DNA of 32,000 bases, from the NCBI GenBank assembly GCA_964653145.1, contig CAZZCG010000009.1, forward strand, positions 37,596 through 69,595. Reading direction: 5' to 3'. This stretch comes from an uncultured Synechococcus sp. (GTDB lineage: Bacteria > Cyanobacteriota > Cyanobacteriia > Thermosynechococcales > Thermosynechococcaceae). A program made the position numbers and the translations under genes. Each line of letters starts with the position of its first letter. Position 1 is the stretch's first letter. Below the pieces are notes generated by a model that ran no database searches, had not been told where the DNA came from, and saw nothing but the letters and a program-made list of their open reading frames with translations. Below are positions 10,160 to 17,441 of this stretch, piece by piece.

Positions 10160-10272
10160 GAAATTTGCTTGATACTCATACTTTGCTCTGATGGATAGAT
10201 TAAGTTACCCGTTTATCATCAAATACTCTGAAGGTTATTGGGGACTATGATGGCCTAGTTTCAATCTTGCAT
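10156..10272 (+). pseudogene. PIN/VapC toxin N-terminal remnant with in-frame stops, truncated at the 3' side
   Basis: Reading from GTG 10156 gives MRNLLDTHTLL*WID*VTRLSSNTLKVIGDYDGLVSIL. This matches the canonical VapC start (LLDTHxLLWWxxDxxxLS...), but TGA and TAA interrupt it. Homology stops just before the stop of the intact opposite-strand vapC at 10278. Confidence 0.55.
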
Positions 10273-10277
10273 CAGAT

Positions 10278-10676
10278 TTACCAACGCTCTAACTGTAAAC
10301 CCTCAATATAGCTAAAGTCAGAATCATCAGAAACTAATATCCAATTCTGGCTAATACATTGAGCAGCGATCCAAATATCATTTGTTGGAATAGGTCTGTC
10401 TTTTCTTTTTAGGTGCAATCTAACTTGGGCATAAACTAATCCACCCTCATTTGTAAGTGGTTTGACTGTGCAAGAAAAAATCAATGCTCCAAAAGCTGAA
10501 TAATTTTGTGAAGAGCGAGAGGAATTAAGCGCATCATCAAGTAGTTCACCAATAACCACTACAGGCAAGAAAACTTCGGGTAAATTTATAATTCTTTCCC
10601 TAAGAGAGGAGTCACCATTGAGATAACGAATCGCAACTGAAGTATCTAGGGCAATATCACCACTCATTGGCATCAA
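10278..10676 (-). CDS. vapC: PIN-domain VapC-type toxin
   Basis: 132-aa ORF with the PIN acidic residues in context (IALDTS, VIGELL, TNDIWIAA, SDDSDF). It overlaps the upstream small ORF by 20 nt. Confidence 0.85.
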   Translation of the reverse strand: MMPMSGDIALDTSVAIRYLNGDSSLRERIINLPEVFLPVVVIGELLDDALNSSRSSQNYSAFGALIFSCTVKPLTNEGGLVYAQVRLHLKRKDRPIPTNDIWIAAQCISQNWILVSDDSDFSYIEGLQLERW

Positions 10677-10866
10677 CCTGACGATAATCAGATTTTATAG
10701 TTTCTAGAATTTCCTGGGCATCCGAATCACTGAGAATCCCTGAAAGCTTCAGTAGGTTTTCATTATTTGTAGTGCTTTCTAACTGTTTAAGGAAATTAAA
10801 AACAGTTTCAATCTGCTCGTCAGAACTAGTCGAAATTTCTTGAAGAAGCTGTTCTCGTTTTTCCAT
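10657..10866 (-). CDS. putative cognate antitoxin (family not recognised)
   Basis: 69-aa acidic ORF directly upstream of vapC and overlapping it. The call rests on position and size only. Confidence 0.6.
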   Translation of the reverse strand: MEKREQLLQEISTSSDEQIETVFNFLKQLESTTNNENLLKLSGILSDSDAQEILETIKSDYRQVDANEW

Positions 10867-10898
10867 TTTGCATTCATCTCTTTAATTTTTTCTTTCTC

Positions 10899-11022
10899 CC
10901 AGGCCCCGTAGGCTCCCATTCTAACCTCTGCCACCTGAGTCAAAATCCCCAGGCCCCGCCCCCAACTTTCTAAACTTCTCTAAAGAAAAGTCAATTTTGT
11001 TGAATTTTTATCAATAGACCAG
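10899..11022. repeat. 124-bp direct repeat, copy 1 (left of the R-M cassette)
   Basis: CCAGGCCCCGTAGGCTCCCATTCTAACCTCTGCCACCTGAGTCAAAATCCCCAGGCCCCGCCCCCAACTTTCTAAACTTCTCTAAAGAAAAGTCAATTTTGTTGAATTTTTATCAATAGACCAG matches 13167-13290 at every position but one (G/C in CCTGAGTC vs CCTGACTC). Confidence 0.95.
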
Positions 11023-11053
11023 CGAAAATTCTCTACGCCAGGCGAAGGGTCGT

Positions 11054-11059
11054 TAGAAT
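11054..11059 (+). promoter_or_regulatory. candidate -10 box (TAGAAT) for the REase-candidate gene
   Basis: GAAGGGTCGTTAGAATA lies 18 nt upstream of ATG 11078. The same block, GAAGGGTCGCTAGAATA, recurs upstream of the J-domain gene. No transcript data are available. Confidence 0.3.
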
Positions 11060-11077
11060 AAAGTTTTTACCTAAGTT

Positions 11078-11854
11078 ATGACTCCTTCCCAAAATGCTAA
11101 TTCTAAAAAAGATAAAGTGGATTTCAATGCAATTAAGCTGTCGTCAGACTCTTTGGATGTATTTCTAAGAGTTTTTCAAGATGCTTTTGAAGAATACAAT
11201 TATCAATTTCTTGATGCACACCGAGCAATTCTTACAAGCTGCTATCAACATATTGAACTTGCTCCATCTCTAACAGCAGCATCACAAGCACAATTAGCAA
11301 AGGCATGGTTGAAAAAATATAATGATGGGTATCAAAGTAGGATATCAAGACGGATTTCTAAAGCTTCTGGAACAAAAGTTGATCCGATTATTAGCAGTAT
11401 TATTAACGCAAGGCTGACCCACTTAACAAACCAACACCTAGAGCAAATTAATTATGCCCATAGACTCTCAATGTCTGCTGAAAATATTTTAGGGTTGCTG
11501 TTAGAAGAATTTTTAGCTGAACAGTTAAGCGATTATGGTTGGCATTGTTGTTGGGGAGAAACACTACGCCATGTAGATTTTTGTCACAATGACGGCTCAC
11601 TTTTACAAATCAAGAATCGTAGTAATTCAGAAAATAGTTCCTCATCAAGAGTAAGAATTAACAAGCCTATAGAAAAGTGGTTTAGAGTAGATGCTAAAAA
11701 AGGAAGCTATCAATGGTCATATTTTAACCAAAGATATGAAACAGATCGTTTTTCTGAAGAGAGATTTATTGCATTTGTACAACAAGTTTTGAAAAATAAT
11801 CCTGAAGCTCTGGCCGTAGAAGAAAGTAATCCTTGGAAAAACACAAGTAACTAA
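11078..11854 (+). CDS. putative type II restriction endonuclease (PD-(D/E)xK-like), family not recognised
   Basis: 258-aa ORF convergent with the C5-methyltransferase, with the two stop codons abutting (TAA 11852-54 and the complement of TCA 11855-57). The segment HVDFCHNDGSLLQIKNRS fits a D...(E/Q)xK nuclease core. The assignment is positional plus motif-level only. Confidence 0.5.
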   Translation: MTPSQNANSKKDKVDFNAIKLSSDSLDVFLRVFQDAFEEYNYQFLDAHRAILTSCYQHIELAPSLTAASQAQLAKAWLKKYNDGYQSRISRRISKASGTKVDPIISSIINARLTHLTNQHLEQINYAHRLSMSAENILGLLLEEFLAEQLSDYGWHCCWGETLRHVDFCHNDGSLLQIKNRSNSENSSSSRVRINKPIEKWFRVDAKKGSYQWSYFNQRYETDRFSEERFIAFVQQVLKNNPEALAVEESNPWKNTSN

Positions 11855-13108
11855 TCAAACAAAAGTTAGGGAGAGTTGACCAATAGACAAATTCTGAGTT
11901 TCAGGTTTAATATCTTTCATCCAGCTTTGGTCATCTGTATTCCGATAGCGAGAATACAGAAAATCTGGATAAATTATAGGTGTTTCGTCACTTAAGTGAG
12001 TTAATAACATTCTGGCAATCGCACGTCCTAAAGAACAAGGCACGGCATTTCCAACTTGACGATATTGATCAAGTAAAGACCCAGCAATGATCCAATTATC
12101 AGGAAATTCTTGAATCCGCTTATATTCTTCAATACTCAGAGGCCTATCTTCTTCTGGATGGGCTAAATCTGTGGCTGGCATAGCAGGATGAGTCACTAAA
12201 GTTGGAGAGGGTTTATCCCAGGCCAAGCGCCGATAAAAACCTGTTTTCCCACCTCCAGCAAAATAAGATGCTCCCAACGCCTCTTGCTGTAATTCTGCTG
12301 GTAAATCTCGCCAATATTGTCCAGGCCTAAGGAGTCGATAATACTTAAGTCGTTTTTCTGGGAATTTAACGAAATGATGTTCAGATTCAGATAAACCTGC
12401 CAAAGCCTCTCTTAAAGTACGCCATTTGGGAAGACTATATAGACCATTTTCTGAGTGGGTTGGAGTTAAGTAGGGAAGCTTTTGCCCATCACGACTACAA
12501 GCAATGACAACTCGTTCTCGTTGTTGAGGGGAGCCAAAGTTTGCTGCATTGTACAAATTAAATGAAACACTATATCCAGCTTCTTTAAGTTTTTGTATGA
12601 CAAATAGTAATGCACCACCTCGCTGTTCTTCTTGAGAAAGAGATGGAAAATCATAACCTCTCATTTCATGGGGACGATGTTTTAACGGTGCTGATAATAA
12701 TCCTCTAACATTTTCAATGACTAGAAACTTTGGATATAGCTCAATCACTAGGTCAATGAAGGTTAGAAATACATTACCCCGTTCATCATTAAATCCCTGA
12801 CGTTTTCCAGCACTACTAAAGGCCTGGCAAGGAGGACCACCGACAATGAGATCAATTTCATCCGTTGGTTTCAATCCGGCTTTTTCTCTGATTTCTGCGG
12901 CTGTGTAATCTCGAATATCACCGATTAAGGGAATATCCGGTCGGTTTATTTCAATGGTTTTGCGAGCGGCGGGATCAACTTCACAGGCCAGGATCACCTC
13001 AATTCCCTCTTTCTCCAGGCCAAGGTCTAATCCCATACAACCCGAAAAAAAACTCAAGGCCTTCAATTCAGGTTTACTAGCGGAATGAGTCTGACGATGT
13101 TGATTCAT
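11855..13108 (-). CDS. DNA (cytosine-5)-methyltransferase
   Basis: 417-aa ORF with the full C5-MTase motif set: [10 protein letters not shown] (I), GGPPCQAFS (IV), ENVRGL (VI), QQRERVVI (VIII) and GNAVP (X). Confidence 0.93.
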   Translation of the reverse strand: MNQHRQTHSASKPELKALSFFSGCMGLDLGLEKEGIEVILACEVDPAARKTIEINRPDIPLIGDIRDYTAAEIREKAGLKPTDEIDLIVGGPPCQAFSSAGKRQGFNDERGNVFLTFIDLVIELYPKFLVIENVRGLLSAPLKHRPHEMRGYDFPSLSQEEQRGGALLFVIQKLKEAGYSVSFNLYNAANFGSPQQRERVVIACSRDGQKLPYLTPTHSENGLYSLPKWRTLREALAGLSESEHHFVKFPEKRLKYYRLLRPGQYWRDLPAELQQEALGASYFAGGGKTGFYRRLAWDKPSPTLVTHPAMPATDLAHPEEDRPLSIEEYKRIQEFPDNWIIAGSLLDQYRQVGNAVPCSLGRAIARMLLTHLSDETPIIYPDFLYSRYRNTDDQSWMKDIKPETQNLSIGQLSLTFV

Positions 13109-13166
13109 AGTTGCTTTGAAATTTGGTGGCCTTGGCTATACCTAATAATGAAGCATCTAACATGAT

Positions 13167-13290
13167 CCAGGCCCCGTAGGCTCCCATTCTAACCTCTGCC
13201 ACCTGACTCAAAATCCCCAGGCCCCGCCCCCAACTTTCTAAACTTCTCTAAAGAAAAGTCAATTTTGTTGAATTTTTATCAATAGACCAG
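13167..13290. repeat. 124-bp direct repeat, copy 2 (right of the R-M cassette)
   Basis: See copy 1: 123/124 identical, same orientation. Confidence 0.95.
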
Positions 13291-13321
13291 AAAAAACTCA
13301 TCAGGACAAAAGAAGGGTCGC

Positions 13322-13327
13322 TAGAAT
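13322..13327 (+). promoter_or_regulatory. candidate -10 box (TAGAAT) for the J-domain/HNH operon
   Basis: GAAGGGTCGCTAGAATA lies 21 nt upstream of ATG 13349 and parallels the block at 11044-11060. Confidence 0.3.
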
Positions 13328-13348
13328 AATATTTTTTAGTGCAAGACT

Positions 13349-13900
13349 ATGGCCTCATCATCCAAAAAGCTCACCCCAAGGATTGAAGCTGAGATTTCTC
13401 GACTATCAGGGGTTCTTAGCTGTGATCCAAAAATTCTCAGTGATTTCGCCTACTTTGTTAAGGGGATTAAACCACCGCCACCACCTAAACCTAAAGCCTT
13501 AACTTTTCTACAACTCAAAGAAGCCGTATATAAGCATTTCAACGTGAAAACCACTCCTGAGCTTAAAGAGTCGGGCAATTTTCAGATGGCTACAAATGGG
13601 ATGAAGTTGAACTTAGGAAAAAAAGAGGCCTGGGAGGATGTTTATCGGAAGTGGATTGGTATTTTGCCCAACGAGGACGGAGAAACAGGCAAGGACTGCA
13701 TCAACGGTATCAACATCTTTAAATATGATTTGCCTTGGCGGGTGTTTGGCCTGGATCGGCATACGGCAACTGAAGCAGAAATTAAGGAAGCCTATCGCAA
13801 TTTAAGTAAGAAATATCATCCTGATAATCCTGAAACCGGAGATGATCGAATTTTTCAACGGATTAATATTTTCTATCGTAGTTTATTAGGTAAAGGTTAA
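13349..13900 (+). CDS. J-domain (DnaJ-like) protein with an unrecognised N-terminal region
   Basis: 183-aa ORF. The C-terminal ~55 aa, VFGLDRHTATEAEIKEAYRNLSKKYHPDNPETGDDRIFQRINIFYRSL, form a canonical J domain with the HPD tripeptide. The N-terminal ~125 aa have no motif I recognise and include a PPPPPKPK linker. Confidence 0.8.
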   Translation: MASSSKKLTPRIEAEISRLSGVLSCDPKILSDFAYFVKGIKPPPPPKPKALTFLQLKEAVYKHFNVKTTPELKESGNFQMATNGMKLNLGKKEAWEDVYRKWIGILPNEDGETGKDCINGINIFKYDLPWRVFGLDRHTATEAEIKEAYRNLSKKYHPDNPETGDDRIFQRINIFYRSLLGKG

Positions 13901-14943
13901 TGGCAAAGCAAATATGGATTACTTCAGCCAAGTTGATAGAAATTTTGAGGATTTCTGAGAGGGAGTTACATGAAATTGAGAAATTTTTTGATGCTGATCC
14001 CTACGATAAGTGGAACCTTGAGAATGGAAAGGATTACAGAATTATCAATCAATCAAATGGATTAAGGGAATACACAGATACAGGAGCATATGCTATCGCC
14101 TCGTATTTGGAGCACAGAAACAGATCAGAAAATAAAGGTTTTCTAGGTTGGATCAGAGAGTTCGTTCGCAAGCTGAAGGGAGACGTTCGCAAAACATTCA
14201 TTAAAGAGAAAATCCTTTATAATAGCTCATCCTTAGTAAAGCGCAGAAATTACTTTTACTTATGTGAGAAGGACTTGATCTCTATCTTTGGCACAAGAAA
14301 GGACTATTTTTATAAGATTTTTGAGTTGGCGCAAAAGGAAGAAAAACCTTTGATTGTTGATTTGGATTATGATGACACTTTTGGAAATGGAATGAGATAT
14401 TATTCTACAAGTGGCATTTTAAAGTTAGCCAAGGTATTTAATCGAGAACTAACTAATAAAAATCGCCAAGAATGGTGTGAAGATGTTGGTGCGGTTATTA
14501 TACCTTTTACACATGAAATCGAGAAAATACATATACAGCGAAATCAGAGAATTACCTCTACTAAAAATGCTGCCAAGAAACGGGATAAATCTAGATGTCG
14601 CATTACTAAAGAAAGTCCACGGGATAGTAGTATTTCCCCAATTAAACTAGCTGCTCATCATTTATACTCTGCGGCCCACTATCCCCATTTAGCTGACTCT
14701 GTAGATAATATCATTACAATTAAGGAGGAAATCCACGATCATTTTCATCAAGTTATGGGTGGAAAAGGTAAGCCCTGTACGATTGATGACTTTATTAACT
14801 ACATCAAGAATTACTATCCTGATAAATTAGAATTGATTACTTGGTTGCACGGTCAAAAAGCTAAAATTCCCTCAGAGCCTCTTTCAAAAAATGCACCAAT
14901 GGTCTTATATTTACCACCAAAGCAAGTGATGCAAAACAATTAA
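13900..14943 (+). CDS. HNH-motif nuclease with a duplicated N-terminal module
   Basis: 347-aa ORF whose ATG overlaps the upstream stop (TAATG). The C-terminal segment CRITKES...LAAHHLYSAAHYPHLADSVDNIITIKEEIHDHFH matches the HNH pattern (HH...N...H..H). The N-terminus holds two similar ~65-aa segments, ending LREYTDTGAYAIASYL and MRYYSTSGILKLAKVF. Confidence 0.75.
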   Translation: MAKQIWITSAKLIEILRISERELHEIEKFFDADPYDKWNLENGKDYRIINQSNGLREYTDTGAYAIASYLEHRNRSENKGFLGWIREFVRKLKGDVRKTFIKEKILYNSSSLVKRRNYFYLCEKDLISIFGTRKDYFYKIFELAQKEEKPLIVDLDYDDTFGNGMRYYSTSGILKLAKVFNRELTNKNRQEWCEDVGAVIIPFTHEIEKIHIQRNQRITSTKNAAKKRDKSRCRITKESPRDSSISPIKLAAHHLYSAAHYPHLADSVDNIITIKEEIHDHFHQVMGGKGKPCTIDDFINYIKNYYPDKLELITWLHGQKAKIPSEPLSKNAPMVLYLPPKQVMQNN

Positions 14944-14971
14944 GTTATGACGTTGAGGGAATTCTTGAAAG

Positions 14972-15071
14972 CTACAACCGCCCGATGGCAATCCCCATGA
15001 GCATGACCCGATCAATCACATAAATCACCCCATTATCAGCCTCAATATCTTGGATGATCACCGTGGCATTT
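14972..15071 (-). pseudogene. orphan 3'-terminal fragment of a diverged cupS/fasciclin gene (33 codons including stop)
   Basis: The reverse strand reads [32 protein letters not shown], versus [32 protein letters not shown] at the true cupS end (15640-15739). The core 94 nt (14978-15071 vs 15646-15739) differ at 10 positions. Confidence 0.85.
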
Positions 15072-15090
15072 AATGAGCTAGTATTTCTGA

Positions 15091-15303
15091 TCAAATCTCA
15101 AATAAATGACGAGGTAGCCCTGATTGGCGAATGATAGATTGTAATGTGCCGATTTTGAGTTCGGGATGATTGGGAACGGGGACAGTGATTGTTGTGTCTT
15201 TTGTTTTAAGTTGCATAATGATATGGCTTCCGCTTTGCCGTATTTCGATAAAGTCATAGGCTGCCAGAATTTTGCACACCTCGCGTCCAGATAAAATACG
15301 CAA
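15091..15303 (-). CDS. hicA: HicA-family mRNA-interferase toxin
   Basis: The track ORF (to 15387) overlaps hicB. I start at the TTG at complement of 15301-15303, 1 nt after the hicB stop. The product (M)RILSGREVCKILAAYDFIEIRQSGSHIIMQ... matches the HicA consensus (LSGxEvxKxL...GFxxxRQxGSH). Confidence 0.8.
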   Translation of the reverse strand: MRILSGREVCKILAAYDFIEIRQSGSHIIMQLKTKDTTITVPVPNHPELKIGTLQSIIRQSGLPRHLFEI

Positions 15304-15304
15304 C

Positions 15305-15532
15305 TTACCCAACAGTAATTTCCAACCGGGTGATAAAAATCTCTGAACGTAAGCGATTGGTAATTTCCGAAGGATCGGCAACATCAAAGAAAAGTTCTAA
15401 GGCTTCAATCAAGTTGTTTTTGGCTTCTTCAATCGTGTTTCCTTGGCTAGCAATATCAAGTTCGGGACATAGGGATACATATCCATCCCCTTCTCGTTCG
15501 ATAATTGCAGTAAAAGGCTGAACTTGTTTCAT
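15305..15532 (-). CDS. hicB: HicB-like (UPF0150) antitoxin
   Basis: MKQVQPFTAIIEREGDGYVSLCPELDIASQGNTIEEAKNNLIEALELFF is typical of a HicB N-terminal domain. I prefer ATG 15532 over the track start at 15565. It lies directly upstream of hicA. Confidence 0.8.
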   Translation of the reverse strand: MKQVQPFTAIIEREGDGYVSLCPELDIASQGNTIEEAKNNLIEALELFFDVADPSEITNRLRSEIFITRLEITVG

Positions 15533-15639
15533 TGGTTTTCTATTTGTTTTTATTAGGATAATCAAATTTTACTTGAGACGGACTATACCTCCCAGCTTAA
15601 ACGATTGAGCTTTGAGCAGCAAAAATTACAAAAAGGTAC

Positions 15640-16062
15640 TTAAAGCCGCCCAATGGCAATTCCCATCAGCATCACCCGATCAATTACATGAATCACGCCA
15701 TTGTCCGCCTCAATATCTGGGATGATCACCGTGGCATTTTTGGCTTCAAACTTACCATTACTGGCATTAATCGGAATCACAGAGCCTTCCACCGAGGTTA
15801 ACTTGTCCACACCGACTAAATCCGCTTTTTTGTAGATTCCTGGCACCACATGAAATGTCAAAATCCGAGCCAACTGCGGGGTATTTTGCACCAAGGTTTG
15901 AATCGTGCCACCGGGTAACTGAGCAAACGCAGCATCCACGGGCGCAAATACGGTAAAGGGGCCTGGGCTGTTGAGGACATCCACTAAACCCGCAACCTTC
16001 ACAGCCGTCACTAAGGTTTGAAAATTCTCATTCCCGACTGCAATTTCCACAATCGTTGCCAT
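15640..16062 (-). CDS. cupS: fasciclin (FAS1)-domain protein; position and size consistent with CupS of NDH-1MS
   Basis: 140-aa ORF with FAS1 signatures ([23 protein letters not shown]). It sits immediately 3' of cupA, where cupS sits in the Synechocystis ndhF3-ndhD3-cupA-cupS operon. As far as I recall, CupS has a fasciclin-like fold. The name is a positional inference. Confidence 0.7.
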   Translation of the reverse strand: MATIVEIAVGNENFQTLVTAVKVAGLVDVLNSPGPFTVFAPVDAAFAQLPGGTIQTLVQNTPQLARILTFHVVPGIYKKADLVGVDKLTSVEGSVIPINASNGKFEAKNATVIIPDIEADNGVIHVIDRVMLMGIAIGRL

Positions 16063-16109
16063 CTTAAATTCCTCTTGGATGAATGTTGTGAACAGACCGT
16101 CAATGAGTT

Positions 16110-17408
16110 TTAGCGATACTCTTGGAACTGCACATTCCGTAACCGAGCTTCCGGACGTTTGAACCGATCCATTTGGGCTTCAAAGAAGATCCGATTCGCC
16201 ATTAAATGCTCAGGGTCTGGATCATCAAGGGGATAAAGTAATGCCGTCCGCAGGGCCTGGATTACCGCTGAAGTCACGTTGTACATCGACCGCTGGAACG
16301 TAATCCCCAACTGAATCAACATATCCGCTTCCCCCCGGCAATACTGTTTGTAGTAGTCCAGTAGATAGGGCGGTAAAAAGTGGAGCATATCCTGCATTAA
16401 CAATGTGGGGGGAATCCCAGCCGAACCCACCGGAAACACATCTGCATAGAGAATTCCATAGTGAAAGTCTTTTTGCTCAGATGGGACTTGGTAGGCCTGG
16501 GCATTGTAGGATTTCGTTCCCCGGAACGGCGAAGTGCGATAAAACACCGCTTCCACATAGGGCAATGCCGCCTCATAGAGCCAGGTAAAGCCTTTTGATT
16601 TCGGAATGATTTCGTAGCATTCCCCATCAATATAAACATGGTGATAAATTGGCCGCCCAGCAATGGCAAAAATCCCATTCACGAGGAAATTCATAGCATC
16701 AGGAACGCCCTTAAAGCCGCCCTCATCATAAATGTCCGACATTTCAAAGAACACCGGGGCCATGACTTCCCAGAACAGGCCAAGATTGGCGTAGTAGGAA
16801 AGTTGCCGCACCTGTTCATAGAACATATCCGGAAAGAGTTTGTACAAGCCCAGCATCAAGGGATTGCCTTTGAAGTAGGCCCGAATTGCCCGATCCGCAT
16901 TGGCTTTGTACTCATCCGTATCCAGGTAAGGATCAAACTGCCCCCCCATGCCCCGATGCCACAACATCGCCCGCATACACTCTTCAGCAAATTCCATATT
17001 GATCCGGTCGTGCCAGAGGTGATGAGCCAGTTTCGGCAGGTTCCATTTCAACTCTCCCTTGGCCATAAACTCCAGGAGTTCAGGATGAGCCGTTGCTTCC
17101 CCGCGCCAGATGCGTAAATCAGCGGTATCTCCCGCGTAGTGATTGTGTAGATCCAAATATTCCTGGGGCAAGAAATACTTAAAGGCAGGTAACGGATTTA
17201 AAAATACCCGCTCGGCAATATAAAGCAAATCCCGCCAGTAAAAATCCATCGGCACCGCATAAGCTTTATAAATCCCGATGATCTGCATCAGGTTTTCCGG
17301 CGTATCGGGCAACATTGAACCCCCAGCCTCAAGGCGATGGATCACCTCTGCAAATTCGTGGGTCGAAGGGGGAATTTTGGTGGGGGCAGTTAAGGTGGCA
17401 GTGGTCAT
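16110..17408 (-). CDS. cupA: CO2 hydration protein CupA/ChpY
   Basis: 432-aa ORF. The sequence [46 protein letters not shown] is typical of the ChpXY family. The length fits CupA rather than the shorter CupB, and it follows ndhD3. Confidence 0.9.
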   Translation of the reverse strand: MTTATLTAPTKIPPSTHEFAEVIHRLEAGGSMLPDTPENLMQIIGIYKAYAVPMDFYWRDLLYIAERVFLNPLPAFKYFLPQEYLDLHNHYAGDTADLRIWRGEATAHPELLEFMAKGELKWNLPKLAHHLWHDRINMEFAEECMRAMLWHRGMGGQFDPYLDTDEYKANADRAIRAYFKGNPLMLGLYKLFPDMFYEQVRQLSYYANLGLFWEVMAPVFFEMSDIYDEGGFKGVPDAMNFLVNGIFAIAGRPIYHHVYIDGECYEIIPKSKGFTWLYEAALPYVEAVFYRTSPFRGTKSYNAQAYQVPSEQKDFHYGILYADVFPVGSAGIPPTLLMQDMLHFLPPYLLDYYKQYCRGEADMLIQLGITFQRSMYNVTSAVIQALRTALLYPLDDPDPEHLMANRIFFEAQMDRFKRPEARLRNVQFQEYR

Positions 17409-17441
17409 AGCTAATGCTCTCTCCAGATCAGGGTTTCAGGG

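Noticed and set aside
12466-12654. 62-aa ORF in an alternative frame on the minus strand
   Set aside because: It lies inside the C5-MTase gene, whose own frame carries all the canonical motifs.
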